In this document: positions 9,020 to 19,030 of the stretch, in pieces
Layout: each line of letters opens with the position of its first letter
How positions within the stretch are numbered: position 1 is the stretch's first letter
Assembly (NCBI GenBank): GCA_964474825.1
Contig: CAYYWQ010000001.1
Location: 1,033,606 to 1,097,605, forward strand
Origin: an uncultured Candidatus Saccharibacteria bacterium
GTDB taxonomy: Bacteria; Patescibacteriota; Doudnabacteria; UBA920
DNA: 64,000 nt
Reading direction: 5' to 3'
Notes under the pieces: generated by a model
Told to the model about the DNA's origin: nothing
Seen by the model: only the letters and a program-made list of their open reading frames with translations
Database searches by the model: none
Position numbers and translations under genes: made by a program

Positions 9020-9469
9020 TATTTTTTCTTTAGCTTTTTTTACCAGCTCGCTCGAGCTTTGTATTTTACCGCTTTTACCAACATTGAAAACTAATTCTAT
9101 TCCCAGTTTTTGGCAGAGGGCTTGCTCGGGGTTTAAGGAAGATGTTGTGGTGTCGGCATCTTTTTTGTCACGGTCCCCGCCGTTGGCGAAAATGTCGGGC
9201 TTTAGGGTTTCCAGTTCCGCGCAGACTGACATGTCGGTAGGGTTTTCCTGGTGGCCTGTAATTACAACCTCGTCTACGTAGCGGATTGCCTCCACAATGG
9301 CTTTTCGCTCGTCCTGGTTCATAAAGACAAAGCCTTTTTTCTTGTTCAGCCAGTTGTCGTTGTTTATAATTACAACTAATTTGTCGCCGAGTTGTTTGGC
9401 TTCCTGCATCATTTCTACGTGGCCAACATGGATTGGGTCAAACCCTCCGGAAATCGCTACGGTTTTCAT
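9017..9469 (-). CDS. Cytidylyltransferase-like nucleotidyltransferase (HxGH family; RfaE domain II / TagD-like)
   Basis: It has the N-terminal motif GGFDPIHVGHVEMMQEAKQLG, which is the (T/H)xGH signature of the nucleotidylyltransferase alpha/beta phosphodiesterase superfamily. At about 150 aa its size fits adenylyl/cytidylyltransferases. Confidence 0.6.
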   Translation of the reverse strand: MKTVAISGGFDPIHVGHVEMMQEAKQLGDKLVVIINNDNWLNKKKGFVFMNQDERKAIVEAIRYVDEVVITGHQENPTDMSVCAELETLKPDIFANGGDRDKKDADTTTSSLNPEQALCQKLGIELVFNVGKSGKIQSSSELVKKAKEKI

Positions 9470-10026
9470 ATTTTTTCATTCTCCCTTCCTTCTTTAGCAA
9501 AGTTGGAATTTTTTTCGTAAAGATCCAGTATAACTCTTTCTATTTCCGCGGGGTTAGGGACGTCAGAAAATTCAAAGCGTTCCACCTTACCCGCGGTTTG
9601 CACAAAAACATCGCCGTAGTTAAAAATTGTTCCAAAAATTCCCGTGGTTTCGCTGGTGACATCTTCTATTTTGTCTATGTGTAGTTCGGAAATGGTGTGG
9701 TTAAACAGTCCGACCTGGTCAATGTCCACAATGCGGATATTGGTAATAATTTGAATGTTTAAATAATAGAAAACAAAAATTAAAAACAAACTTAAGGAAA
9801 GGAACATCGTATAAACCTGGGTGAATAAATGTGTTATGTCGCCGGCGCTGTCCACAAACAAGTCCGGGGCGTAGCGGGGCATGTAATGGTTAAACAACAA
9901 CAGGGCCGCGGTAAAAAAAATCCAAACCAAAATTTTTAGGAAAAAATGAAACCAATGCTCGCGCACCACCAAATAAATGGTTTCTTCTTCTAGCTGGCTG
10001 GGAAAAAGTTTGTGAAATGAAGGCAT
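9466..10026 (-). CDS. Membrane protein with a bacterial PH (bPH_2/YdbS-like) domain
   Basis: It has two N-terminal TM helices followed by RIVDIDQVGLFNHTISELHIDKIEDV...GDVFVQTAGKVERFEF, which resembles the bPH_2 beta-sandwich pattern. Confidence 0.45.
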   Translation of the reverse strand: MPSFHKLFPSQLEEETIYLVVREHWFHFFLKILVWIFFTAALLLFNHYMPRYAPDLFVDSAGDITHLFTQVYTMFLSLSLFLIFVFYYLNIQIITNIRIVDIDQVGLFNHTISELHIDKIEDVTSETTGIFGTIFNYGDVFVQTAGKVERFEFSDVPNPAEIERVILDLYEKNSNFAKEGRENEKI

Positions 10027-10054
10027 AAATTATAACGGACAAAAGTGGTAAAAG

Positions 10055-10267
10055 TTACTGCAAAATAGACTGCAATGTTTGGTAGGATGTGCCAAGAATG
10101 GACAAAAAAATAAAAGCGTAGAACACGCTAATGCTAAAAGAGAGTAAAGTGGATTTGCCGTAGCGAATAAGGACGTAAACGCCAAAAATAGAAAACAGGC
10201 TCAGGATGCCAACAATAATATAGTATATGGAAGCAATAAGCAGGTTTAAGGGTTCCGAAAGATTCAT
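10055..10267 (-). CDS. Small two-TM membrane protein, hypothetical
   Basis: A 70-aa ORF that is hydrophobic throughout. It sits upstream of, and in the same orientation as, the bPH gene. Confidence 0.3.
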   Translation of the reverse strand: MNLSEPLNLLIASIYYIIVGILSLFSIFGVYVLIRYGKSTLLSFSISVFYAFIFLSILGTSYQTLQSILQ

Positions 10268-10271
10268 AAAA

Positions 10272-11321
10272 TCAAATTAACTTTTGTTGGATAGACGCGG
10301 GCATAGAGGCTCCGAGATGTTTATAGCCTGCTTCTGTTGCTTGTCTGCCTTTGGGGGTTTTAGTAATTAATCCTAAGCGGATTAAAAACGGTTCGTGAAC
10401 GTCTGTGATAGTGTCTTCTTCTTCGCCTGTGGCCGCGGCAAGAGTGGTAAGGCCCACCGGCTGCCCGTTAAACTTATGAATCAAAGTTTCCAAAATTCTG
10501 CGATCGTTTTTGTCCAAGCCAAGCTCGTCCACCTCCATTAATTCCAAGGCTTTGGCCACAACTTCTTTGTTAATTGTATCATGGTCGTGGACCTGGGCAA
10601 AGTCCCTTGTGCGCTTAAGAAGGCGGTTAGCAATGCGCGGAGTAAAGCGGCTGCGGACAGAAAGAAGGGCCGCGCCTTCGTGGTCAATTTTGGCGTTAAG
10701 AATTTTAGCAGAGCGCACAATAATTTTTTCCAACTCCTCCGCCGTGTAATATTCCAGCCTATATGTAGCGCCAAAGCGGTCGCGTAGCGGGGAGGAAATA
10801 AGTCCCATTCTTGTGGTTGCGCCAATTAAAGTAAATTTTGGTAAGTCCATTCTAATGCTTCGGGCGCCTGGGCCTTTACCTAAAATAATATCCAGCGCGA
10901 AATCTTCCATGGCAGGATATAAAACTTCTTCCACAACTTTGTTTAAGCGGTGAATTTCGTCTATAAATAACACATCACCCTGGTTTAAATTGGTAAGGAG
11001 AGACGCCAGGTCCCCGGCGCGTTCAATGGCAGGACCCGAAGTAACGCGAATATTAACTCCCATTTCCTTGGCAATAATAAAAGACAGGGTGGTTTTGCCT
11101 AAGCCCGGCGGGCCGTAGAACATTAAGTGCTCTAAAATTTCCCCGCGCTGTTTGGAAGCTTCCATAATAATCCCAAGGTTTTTTTTCACTGATTCCTGAC
11201 CCACATATTCACCCAAAACAGCCGGCCGTAAATTTTGGTCCAGGCCCTTTTCGTCTTCGTCCACAACGGCTGCGTCCAGCGGAGCCGCTATATCACTTTC
11301 TTCTTTGTTAGACTGTATCAT
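10272..11321 (-). CDS. ruvB: Holliday junction branch migration ATPase RuvB
   Basis: It has the Walker [23 protein letters not shown], sensor/arginine-finger regions and a C-terminal winged helix, all typical of RuvB. Confidence 0.9.
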   Translation of the reverse strand: MIQSNKEESDIAAPLDAAVVDEDEKGLDQNLRPAVLGEYVGQESVKKNLGIIMEASKQRGEILEHLMFYGPPGLGKTTLSFIIAKEMGVNIRVTSGPAIERAGDLASLLTNLNQGDVLFIDEIHRLNKVVEEVLYPAMEDFALDIILGKGPGARSIRMDLPKFTLIGATTRMGLISSPLRDRFGATYRLEYYTAEELEKIIVRSAKILNAKIDHEGAALLSVRSRFTPRIANRLLKRTRDFAQVHDHDTINKEVVAKALELMEVDELGLDKNDRRILETLIHKFNGQPVGLTTLAAATGEEEDTITDVHEPFLIRLGLITKTPKGRQATEAGYKHLGASMPASIQQKLI

Positions 11322-11405
11322 ATTACTATAATACTATATTTTTCTGCGCGTTGACAGGTGGCCGAAAACGGCACATACTAAAGACCAGATTATTAAGTTT
11401 TTGAT

Positions 11406-12290
11406 ATGAAAAAACTATTTATATTTGCTACGGTTTTGCTTTTGGCAGCCGCATGCAACAGCTCAAAGCCTGTGGTTAATCCTCCGGCCCCAACCCCGTC
11501 TGACACCGCTTCAAATTGGAAAACTTATACAAATGCTAAGTATGGGTTTGAGGTAAAGTATCCGGCGGCCTGGGGTGTTATTAGTAATACTGAAGCAGGG
11601 GCGAATATTGGAGACCCGGCCAATCCCGACACAGCAAGAATGTCTGTTTTTGTGGAAACAGAAGACCCCGAAGCAAAAATTTTAGACACATATGGAATTG
11701 CTAATTCCGAGGCGTATGTTTTTCAAGGCGTTGAAGGCAAAAAACTTACCGGTGAAAGCGGAGTTACGGGCAAGCCGGTTAATGTTTTGGTTGTAAAAAA
11801 AGGCAACTTATATTATGAAATAAGCACTCCCCCGGAAATATTTGAACAGGTGCTCGCAGGTTTTATGTTTGGGCCGCAAGCAGTAGAATACAAGAATACT
11901 CAGTATGGTTTTACTTTTTCTTTGCCGGCAAGCTGGCAAGGGTATTCGATTTTTACACAGACCAGCGGCGGCTGGAGTTGGCAGGCTCACGACGTCAACG
12001 ATTCGCAAAAGATCGTTGCCAAAGGTCCTGCCTTAGTTATTCGCAACCCTAACTGGACCGTGCAAAAACCCTACCAGGATATTCCAGTCCTTATTTTTAC
12101 CATTCAACAATGGAGCGATATCCAAAGTGAAAAGATTTTATACAGTACAGCAGCGCCTATGTTGCCCAGCGAACTGGGTCGAAACACCAGATATGTTTTT
12201 GCCTTGCCCGCCCGTTATAATTTTGCGGATGCCGATGGTATACGGGAAGTGGATGACATTATTCAAAGTCACCCTTTAAAAGGGTTTTAA
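11406..12290 (+). CDS. Lipoprotein, hypothetical
   Basis: It has a signal peptide with the lipobox LLAAAC. There is no recognisable catalytic motif. Confidence 0.5.
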   Translation: MKKLFIFATVLLLAAACNSSKPVVNPPAPTPSDTASNWKTYTNAKYGFEVKYPAAWGVISNTEAGANIGDPANPDTARMSVFVETEDPEAKILDTYGIANSEAYVFQGVEGKKLTGESGVTGKPVNVLVVKKGNLYYEISTPPEIFEQVLAGFMFGPQAVEYKNTQYGFTFSLPASWQGYSIFTQTSGGWSWQAHDVNDSQKIVAKGPALVIRNPNWTVQKPYQDIPVLIFTIQQWSDIQSEKILYSTAAPMLPSELGRNTRYVFALPARYNFADADGIREVDDIIQSHPLKGF

Positions 12291-12296
12291 AAGGAA

Positions 12297-12335
12297 TAAA
12301 AAAATCCCTCTCGTCATGGCGAGAGGGATTTTTAG
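12297..12335. terminator. Bidirectional intrinsic terminator (atccctctcg-tcatgg-cgagagggat)
   Basis: A 10-bp perfect stem sits between convergent genes, with A/T runs on both sides. Confidence 0.5.
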
Positions 12336-12337
12336 TT

Positions 12338-13567
12338 TTAATTTGTTTTTGGAATTTGTAATCCGCTGCTTGGCGTGCCGGTGGCGCTGACAAAGCTTTC
12401 GGTTTTGTGGTAAAGCGCTGGGGATTGGTAGACAGATTTAAAAACATCTGTTTTAGTTTGGCCGTTGTTGGTAACTTCTCGCGTCCAGGTGGCCTTCATG
12501 GAGCCGTCTGTTTGGCGGTCGTAAACTACGGGTTTTTCTAAGGTGACCTGACGGCTGTCTTTAGTGCCGTAAAAATCAAATATTAGAGTGTTCTTGTCTT
12601 TTAGGTACGGCCAAATTAAAATTGCGGCAGGAGTATTGTTTGTAAATTTTAAATCCACAATGCCTGGGTAAATGGTGGCGTCTGTGCCTTGGGGCGCGTA
12701 ATACTGTACCGCATAAGCGTGGTTGCGGCGTTCTGTAATTGGAAGTCCTGCAGCCATGGCCGCACGGAATGTAGTGGAAGAAACCTGACAAAGGCCGCCG
12801 CCAAATTCCGGCACAGTACCGGTTTTTTTTATTACTAGCTCGGGCAGGAAGCCATGTTCGCCGTCCACATCGCCCAGGTTGTCGTTAAAGCTAAAGGTTC
12901 CGCCTTGGGGCACGATTATCCCTTTCATTTTTTCCACGCCCACGGCAATGTTGTGGCGGCGGTTGTTGGGGCTGCCCGCAAACCCGGAAACCCCCTGAGC
13001 CACCAGTTCGGTGATCCCTAAGTTATTTGTGTCAGCCAAATTTTTGGTTGGCCTGACTTCGTTTACCGCAAGTTCGGCTTTGGTTTGGCGAGCCTCCAAA
13101 GCATTTAAAACATTAAAAGTGCTAGCATAAACATTCAGGCTTAGGCCGGTTTGCGGCGGTGTGAATTTGGTGACGCGTCCGTTCTCTATAATAAGCTCGG
13201 GCTCAACCATGGTTTGGTTGGTGGTGCTGGCAATGGTTGTTTGCAAATATGAATAGATTTTGTCGGGTGAGAAATGGTAAATTTGGAATGCCTGGGGCTC
13301 GGGGCTTGAGGGCAGTCCCAGCCAGGAGCCGATTTGCAGAGGCAGGGAGTTTGGTGATTCCTGCAGCGGGGAAAATTTGGGCCAGGCATTTAAACCCTGC
13401 CAGCCAGTAACTGTGTCGGCATCCACAGTAAAAGTTTTGTCGTCCACTGTTAAAGTAAGCGGCTTGTTGTCATAGTCAAAACCCCGCGGCTGGACTTGCG
13501 CGTGGGAGGCTGGGGCAATTACCAGTGAGCTGATAATTAGTAAAAAAAATAGTAATAGTTTTTTCAT
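12338..13567 (-). CDS. VanW family protein (secreted/anchored)
   Basis: The central segment GGGLCQVSSTTFRAAMAAGLPITERRNHAYAVQYY matches the conserved VanW core. The start is probably the internal Met preceding the signal peptide MKKLLLFFLLIISSLVIAPASHA, so the ORF-track start at 13642 would overlap tsaE. Confidence 0.7.
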   Translation of the reverse strand: MKKLLLFFLLIISSLVIAPASHAQVQPRGFDYDNKPLTLTVDDKTFTVDADTVTGWQGLNAWPKFSPLQESPNSLPLQIGSWLGLPSSPEPQAFQIYHFSPDKIYSYLQTTIASTTNQTMVEPELIIENGRVTKFTPPQTGLSLNVYASTFNVLNALEARQTKAELAVNEVRPTKNLADTNNLGITELVAQGVSGFAGSPNNRRHNIAVGVEKMKGIIVPQGGTFSFNDNLGDVDGEHGFLPELVIKKTGTVPEFGGGLCQVSSTTFRAAMAAGLPITERRNHAYAVQYYAPQGTDATIYPGIVDLKFTNNTPAAILIWPYLKDKNTLIFDFYGTKDSRQVTLEKPVVYDRQTDGSMKATWTREVTNNGQTKTDVFKSVYQSPALYHKTESFVSATGTPSSGLQIPKTN

Positions 13568-13574
13568 TCGGATC

Positions 13575-13970
13575 CTAATGTTCAAAATAAATAAAGCTGG
13601 TTTTTTTGGGTAAATGTTTTTTAACTTTGTCCGCCCATTCAATTACCGTTATGGTTTTGGGCTTTCCCCATAATTCGGTAATTCCTAAAGCTTTTACTTC
13701 TCTAAAATTTTTAGCCCTATAAAGGTCTAAGTGATAAACAATCATGGGTCTGCTTTTGGTCCCGGCCGGGAAGACATTCATTAAGTTAAACGTCGGGCTG
13801 GTGATTTTGTTCCTGATTTTTAAAGCTTTGCCCAAACTTTGCGTAAAAGTGGTCTTTCCGCTGCCCAAAGGCCCGACTAAAGCTAACACTTCTCCGCCTT
13901 TGAGTTGCCCGGCAATTTCTTTCGCAGTTGTTTTTACTGCGGATAATTTAATGAGTTGGGACTTAATCAT
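13575..13970 (-). CDS. tsaE: tRNA t6A37 biosynthesis ATPase TsaE (YjeE)
   Basis: It has the P-loop VLALVGPLGSGKTTFTQSLGKAL and the size and layout of YjeE. Confidence 0.75.
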   Translation of the reverse strand: MIKSQLIKLSAVKTTAKEIAGQLKGGEVLALVGPLGSGKTTFTQSLGKALKIRNKITSPTFNLMNVFPAGTKSRPMIVYHLDLYRAKNFREVKALGITELWGKPKTITVIEWADKVKKHLPKKTSFIYFEH

Positions 13971-14121
13971 AATAGGATTTTAGCATCAATTGACCGAAAT
14001 GGTAAAATCCGATATACTAATCAATCGTACTGATTCTTTGTTAAATAAAATACACCAAAGTTACGAAAGTTTTTAATGTTAGGGTTAGTATTTTTAGTAT
14101 AATTTAGTATTTAGTAGAAGT

Positions 14122-15288
14122 ATGGAAATGTCCGTTCGCCAACAAATTTTTGACCAGCTGCGTAAGAGCGAGAAAATTCTTATTGCCTTGCCGGAAAAAC
14201 TTACAGCCGACAGTCTTTCTGCCGGCCTGGCTTTGCAGTTGTTTTTGCGTAAATTACAAAAAGAAGCTGTGGTGGCCAGTAGCGGCAGTTTGCCGGAAAA
14301 CCTGCGGTTTTTGCCCGGAGCCGATGGGATTAAGTCTAGTATTGGCAGTGGCAGCGGCCTTGTAGTAACGGTAGATGCTACTATAAAAAAACTGGAAGAA
14401 ATAAGCTACCACACCACGGACGACAAAGTCCATATTTATTTAAAATCTAAAAACCAGCCGTTTACTCCGCAAGACTTGAGTTTTACAGAAGACAAGTTGC
14501 CACTGGATTTAATAGTTGTTTTAGAAGCCCAGTCTTTGGAAAGTCTTGGCGCGCTGTTTCGTGACCATGCGGATTTGTTTTACCAAACTCCAAAAATTAA
14601 TATTGACCACAAAGCCGGCAACGAACTTTTTGGCGCTGTTAATTTGGTGGAACTGGCCGCAACTTCTATTGGCGAAATTTTAGCCGGGCTTTTGGAAGAG
14701 TTTGAACAGGGTCTCATAGACGAAGATATTGCCACCTGTCTCTTGGCAGGAATTATTACCAAGACACGCAGTTTCCAGCAGGCCCAAACTACGCCGGAGG
14801 CATTTTTAAAAGCCTCGCGTTTAATTGGCGCTGGCGGCAGGCAACAGGAAATAATTAAAAATATTTATAAAACCAAGTCTTTGGCCTTACTGAAACTTTG
14901 GGGCCGATGTTTGGCTCGTTTAAAAACAGTGGGTGATTTATCTTTAGTTTATTCTTCCCTAAATGCTGGGGACTTTGAAAAGTCCGAAGCTTCGGGCGAG
15001 GAAATTTTGCCTGCCTTAAAAGAATTGTTAGACAATTTGTCCGGGTACCAAGTAGCAGGGATTTTTGCGGAGCAGGTTCAAGGCGTCGTGCGTTTGGTGT
15101 TAGCAATTTATTCCACATTGCCGCTGGAAAAAATAACAGAAGCCTTAGAAATTAAAACCAAACCAGTAACAGAACTGGGACAATACCAAATTTTTGAAGT
15201 TGAGTGGAAGGACTTAAGTTTGGCAGAAGCTGAACAGCGACTGCTTTTTGCCCTACAGCCGCTCAAAACTTTTTTGGGTTCAGTTTAA
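14122..15288 (+). CDS. DHH/DHHA1-family (NrnA-like) protein with degenerate catalytic motifs
   Basis: Its overall layout resembles NrnA, but motif I is LPEKLTADSLSAG instead of HxxPDGDAxGS. The DHH triad reads IDHK, and GGGH is replaced by GAGGRQ. Confidence 0.4.
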   Translation: MEMSVRQQIFDQLRKSEKILIALPEKLTADSLSAGLALQLFLRKLQKEAVVASSGSLPENLRFLPGADGIKSSIGSGSGLVVTVDATIKKLEEISYHTTDDKVHIYLKSKNQPFTPQDLSFTEDKLPLDLIVVLEAQSLESLGALFRDHADLFYQTPKINIDHKAGNELFGAVNLVELAATSIGEILAGLLEEFEQGLIDEDIATCLLAGIITKTRSFQQAQTTPEAFLKASRLIGAGGRQQEIIKNIYKTKSLALLKLWGRCLARLKTVGDLSLVYSSLNAGDFEKSEASGEEILPALKELLDNLSGYQVAGIFAEQVQGVVRLVLAIYSTLPLEKITEALEIKTKPVTELGQYQIFEVEWKDLSLAEAEQRLLFALQPLKTFLGSV

Positions 15289-15379
15289 GGATTTTAAGGA
15301 AGAAGTTTCTAAGCTCTTTGGAAATTTTTTCTTTCAAATCCGCAAGTAGTACAGTGCGGAGAAGGAAGGAGGAGAAGGA

Positions 15380-15889
15380 ATGGAAGCTGAAATTACTCTG
15401 GCAAAGGCAATACATTGGTCAGGGGCGGAAAAGGTAATGGCCCGGTTGGCATGCGAGTTGGTTGCCCGCGATATCCAGGTTGAAACCCTGGGATCAGAGA
15501 TGTCGGCCCTGCGCGCAGAATTGTTGAGGTTGCAGGAGATAAAGCGGGGGCATGAAAGCGAATTGTTGGAAGTCGGGAAGCGCAATTCTGCTCTGGGCCA
15601 GCAGCTCGTGGAAGCACACGCGCAGATTGCGTCTCTCCTGCAGGCTGTAGACTTGTGGAAGTCGCAGCTCACAACTTTGTCGGACCGGAGGTTTGTCTTA
15701 TACGGTTTGTTGGAGGACAAAAATCCGATCTGGAAAACCCGCACAATTTCGTCTAAGGTCATCCGTGACCTATTGCTCGTAATTATGGACACCGGCGCCA
15801 CGCCCCAGGCAGTGTCCGATGCCAAAACTCAGTTCCTGCGGCTCGCGGCGGCCAAGAAGCCGCGCGGCCGCAAAAGCCGCAAGTCCTAG
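15380..15889 (+). CDS. Hypothetical coiled-coil protein on a short GC-rich patch
   Basis: A strong SD (aggaggag) lies 7 nt before the ATG. The protein has heptad-like Leu/Glu/Gln-rich composition and a basic tail KKPRGRKSRKS. The fully overlapping antisense ORF 15334-15825 has a Ser/Cys-rich, implausible composition. Confidence 0.45.
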   Translation: MEAEITLAKAIHWSGAEKVMARLACELVARDIQVETLGSEMSALRAELLRLQEIKRGHESELLEVGKRNSALGQQLVEAHAQIASLLQAVDLWKSQLTTLSDRRFVLYGLLEDKNPIWKTRTISSKVIRDLLLVIMDTGATPQAVSDAKTQFLRLAAAKKPRGRKSRKS

Positions 15890-16012
15890 TTTCGTCGAGG
15901 TTCCTATGGAATCTCCTATCAGCCGGCGCCGCCCACCAGGGACGACGCCGGTATTTTGTTGGCGAAATTATGTTATAATTACTAAAGACAAATCAAATAT
16001 CCAGAAACAAAA

Positions 16013-17668
16013 ATGAGTAAGAATTTTTTAGCTAGCACGCCAAAACAACTGCAGGAAGCGCTGGACGATGTTAACCGCAAAATGGCGGAGGAAGAAACGC
16101 AGGCCAAGGCCGGATCCCTTGGCTTGCCTTATATTGATTTGCATAATTTCCCTGTGGATTTAATAATTTTGGGCATGTTTACCGAAGAAGAGGCTAAGGA
16201 AATAGGCGCGGTGCCTTTCTATAAAGAAGGGAAAGATTTACGTTTGGGTGTTACGAATCCGGACCACCCGCTTCTTTTGGAAAAAATTAATGAGTTTAAA
16301 AAAGAGGGCAACAAGATTACCTTGTACATGATTTCCAAACGCAGCCTGGCTCAGGCTATGCGTTTTTACAGTAAAGTTCTTCGCCCCAAAGCCGCGCATG
16401 AGGAAGCCGTTAGGGTTGGTGAAGGCCGGGATTTTGTAGAGGAGATAAAAATACTTCAAGCAGAGGAAGAGCAAAAGAAAAAAACAGCCAGCGAGCTCAT
16501 GGAAGTAATGTTTGGCGGCGGACTTTTTTACAAAGCTTCAGACATTCATTTGGAACCAGAAGAACATTTTGTTAAACTTCGCTTCCGTGTGGACGGAGTC
16601 TTGCAAGACGTTTTACATATTAGCAAAGACTTGCAGCGCTCTTTAGTTACCCGCATAAAAATTTTGGCGCAAATGAAATTAAACGTGGAGAACGTTCCCC
16701 AGGACGGGCGTATTACTTTTTACTATTTGGACAAACCCATAGACGTCCGTGTTTCTGTGTTGCCTAGTGCATACGGCGAGGAAATAGTTATGAGACTTTT
16801 AGGGACTGGTGCCGTAGAACTTCATTTGAAAGATTTGGGTTTCCGGCAGCAGCATCAGGACGCGGTGCATAGAATTTTAAACAAGCCTAACGGCGCAATT
16901 ATTACTACTGGCCCCACGGGCAGCGGAAAAACCACAACGCTTTATGCTTTTTTAAATGAACTCAATGAGCCAGGCGTAAAAATTATTACTTTAGAAGACC
17001 CGGTGGAATATAAACTGGAGGGGATAGTGCAAACGCCAATAGACCACACAGCAGATTTTGATTTTGCCAAAGGCCTTAGAGCAATTCTGCGGCAAGACCC
17101 GGACGTAGTTATGATTGGTGAAATCCGCGACCAGGAAACTGCTGAGGTGGCGCTTCAGGCCGCTCTTACCGGACACACGGTGCTTTCTACTTTGCATACT
17201 AACGACGCGGCTGGTGCCATTCCTCGTTTAATAAATATGGGAGTAAAACCTTTTATAATCGGCCCCGCGCTTTCTGCCGTGTTGGCCCAGCGTTTGGTGC
17301 GCCGCTTATGCCAAGACTGCAAAACAAAAACAGCGCTTGCTCCAACTGTAATGGAAAAAATAAATTATGTGTTAAAGCAATTACCCAAGGCTTCAGGAAT
17401 TGAATTGCCAAAAGAAATGCAATTCTATCACAGCCCGGGCTGCGAACAGTGTCACAAGCTCGGCTACAAAGGCCGCTTGGGCATATACGAAATTTTGGAA
17501 GTTACAGACGCAGTCCAAAAGTTGGTTATGAAAGAATCTTCCATGTCGGAGTTTAAGGAAGAGGGTATAAAGCAGGGAATGATAACTATGCTGCAAGATG
17601 GATTACTAAAAGCGTTAGATGGTTTAACAGATGTAGAAGAAGTGTTTAGGGTTGCGGGGGAGGGATAA
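16013..17668 (+). CDS. Type II/IV secretion system ATPase (GspE/PilB family)
   Basis: It has the Walker A GPTGSGKTTTLYA, Asp and His boxes, a tetracysteine CxxC...CxxC motif (CQDC...CEQC), and an N-terminal GspE_N-like domain. Confidence 0.85.
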   Translation: MSKNFLASTPKQLQEALDDVNRKMAEEETQAKAGSLGLPYIDLHNFPVDLIILGMFTEEEAKEIGAVPFYKEGKDLRLGVTNPDHPLLLEKINEFKKEGNKITLYMISKRSLAQAMRFYSKVLRPKAAHEEAVRVGEGRDFVEEIKILQAEEEQKKKTASELMEVMFGGGLFYKASDIHLEPEEHFVKLRFRVDGVLQDVLHISKDLQRSLVTRIKILAQMKLNVENVPQDGRITFYYLDKPIDVRVSVLPSAYGEEIVMRLLGTGAVELHLKDLGFRQQHQDAVHRILNKPNGAIITTGPTGSGKTTTLYAFLNELNEPGVKIITLEDPVEYKLEGIVQTPIDHTADFDFAKGLRAILRQDPDVVMIGEIRDQETAEVALQAALTGHTVLSTLHTNDAAGAIPRLINMGVKPFIIGPALSAVLAQRLVRRLCQDCKTKTALAPTVMEKINYVLKQLPKASGIELPKEMQFYHSPGCEQCHKLGYKGRLGIYEILEVTDAVQKLVMKESSMSEFKEEGIKQGMITMLQDGLLKALDGLTDVEEVFRVAGEG

Positions 17669-17700
17669 AAGAGTAATAAAGTTCGTAAAGTTAAAAAGTA

Positions 17701-17727
17701 AAAACCGCTTGTTTAGGCGGTTTTTTT
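17701..17727 (+). terminator. Intrinsic terminator after the GspE/PilB gene
   Basis: aaaaccgcttgtttaggcggttttttt: a hairpin followed by T7. Confidence 0.5.
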
Positions 17728-17738
17728 AATTGGGAGGG

Positions 17739-17767
17739 TTGACAATTAGATTGAAATAATGTATAAT
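17739..17767 (+). promoter_or_regulatory. Perfect sigma70 consensus promoter (TTGACA-N17-tgTATAAT)
   Basis: TTGACA is at 17739-17744, the spacer is exactly 17 nt, and TATAAT is at 17762-17767 preceded by TG. It points into the GC-rich gene at 17993. Confidence 0.55.
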
Positions 17768-17992
17768 TGCGGGTCATAATCCAAAATTGTGGGTTGTGCA
17801 TTTTTTGGTCTTTAAAAGTCTTTAGGAGGATTTTTTAAGGACCCTGAACCAGTCAGCGAAAGCTTCCGGTTTAGGGCAAGGAAGAAATTATATTCCCTGG
17901 GCAGGTTTGGCTATTATTTTAGTACCCAATCCCGCCCAGGGAACAGTCGCGAAGTTCCTTGGTTGTTGTTATCTCACGTTCAAAGGATCCAG

Positions 17993-19030
17993 ATGAAAAA
18001 TTTACTGAAGTTCGGTTTGCTGTGGCTCACGTTCACCACAGTCGTTTTTTCACAGAACAACATCCAGCCAGCCGGGGGCAGTGATTCCCAGCCGAAGGGC
18101 TGCAACGGGACGGTAATGTATGTTACGGAGATCCAATCGCAGACAGTGTATCAAGTCTGCATTGAGAAGAACGGGACGCGTTTCCGTTCTGTTGGGTACT
18201 CCGGCTATTCTTATCGGCTGGCCCTGACGAATGACGAACAGGTCGCCGCCTACGAAGCGACCGGACGATTGTTCCGTTACTGGACGGGCGTCTTCCAGGG
18301 ACAGCACTATCTCCCGGGGAACGGCCGCATTACCCAGCTCGAAGGCAACACCATCTCGTTCGAGTATCCCAATGCCGCACCCCGCACTTTCGCCCTGTAC
18401 TACGACGGCGAATTTTCCACGTTCCGGACAGGTCCTATTACCGGCTTTCCGAAGCCTACCCAGAATTGCCTCAGAGCTGTCGACAACGGCGGCTACTGGT
18501 GTCTGATGCCAGACCGCAAGCTGTTGTTTTGGCAGCGTGGGTTCGCCGGGTTCAACACGCTGGAAGGGGCCCGGGTGGTTGCTGAGGGGGTGGGAGGGTT
18601 GGTCTCATTGGAGTTGGGTTCCGTGCTCTACACGACCGTTAACGAACTCAATTGCGGCGTACCTAGCTCCAGGCCCCAGCCTTGCAGGTTGCAGAAGCCG
18701 GCCCAGATAATTCGGGCAAGCTTCAACTACGGCAGCTTGCAGTTCGACCGCAAAACTTTGGGGTCGGGGTATATAAACGACAACCCCTACTCCGATGGAC
18801 TTGCGGTGTCGGACGGCAACCTGTACTACATTGACTACGACCCCTCCATCGGATCCCGCATCATTCAGTTCGACCTGAAGACCAACCGGTCCAGGGTTGT
18901 TCTGGACGGCAACCTGTTCAGGCTTCGCCGTGATGATGGTACGCGCATTATGCCGGGGTTTGGCGCACTTGTTGTTGCGCCGAATCTCAATCCGGCGATG
19001 GCCGCGCCTGCCCTTCCGACCGTTCGGTAG
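17993..19030 (+). CDS. Secreted hypothetical protein, GC-rich, possibly beta-propeller-like
   Basis: It has the signal peptide MKNLLKFGLLWLTFTTVVFSQNN; the ORF-track start at 17963 is upstream. G+C is much higher than in its neighbours. The blade-like segment GNLYYIDYDPSIGSRIIQFDLKTNRSRVV is weak evidence only. Confidence 0.5.
   Translation: MKNLLKFGLLWLTFTTVVFSQNNIQPAGGSDSQPKGCNGTVMYVTEIQSQTVYQVCIEKNGTRFRSVGYSGYSYRLALTNDEQVAAYEATGRLFRYWTGVFQGQHYLPGNGRITQLEGNTISFEYPNAAPRTFALYYDGEFSTFRTGPITGFPKPTQNCLRAVDNGGYWCLMPDRKLLFWQRGFAGFNTLEGARVVAEGVGGLVSLELGSVLYTTVNELNCGVPSSRPQPCRLQKPAQIIRASFNYGSLQFDRKTLGSGYINDNPYSDGLAVSDGNLYYIDYDPSIGSRIIQFDLKTNRSRVVLDGNLFRLRRDDGTRIMPGFGALVVAPNLNPAMAAPALPTVR

Noticed and set aside
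15334-15825. 163-aa - strand ORF on the GC-rich patch
   Set aside because: It overlaps the + strand coiled-coil ORF completely. It is Ser/Cys/Arg-rich with no SD, and the + strand ORF has a strong SD and a sensible composition.
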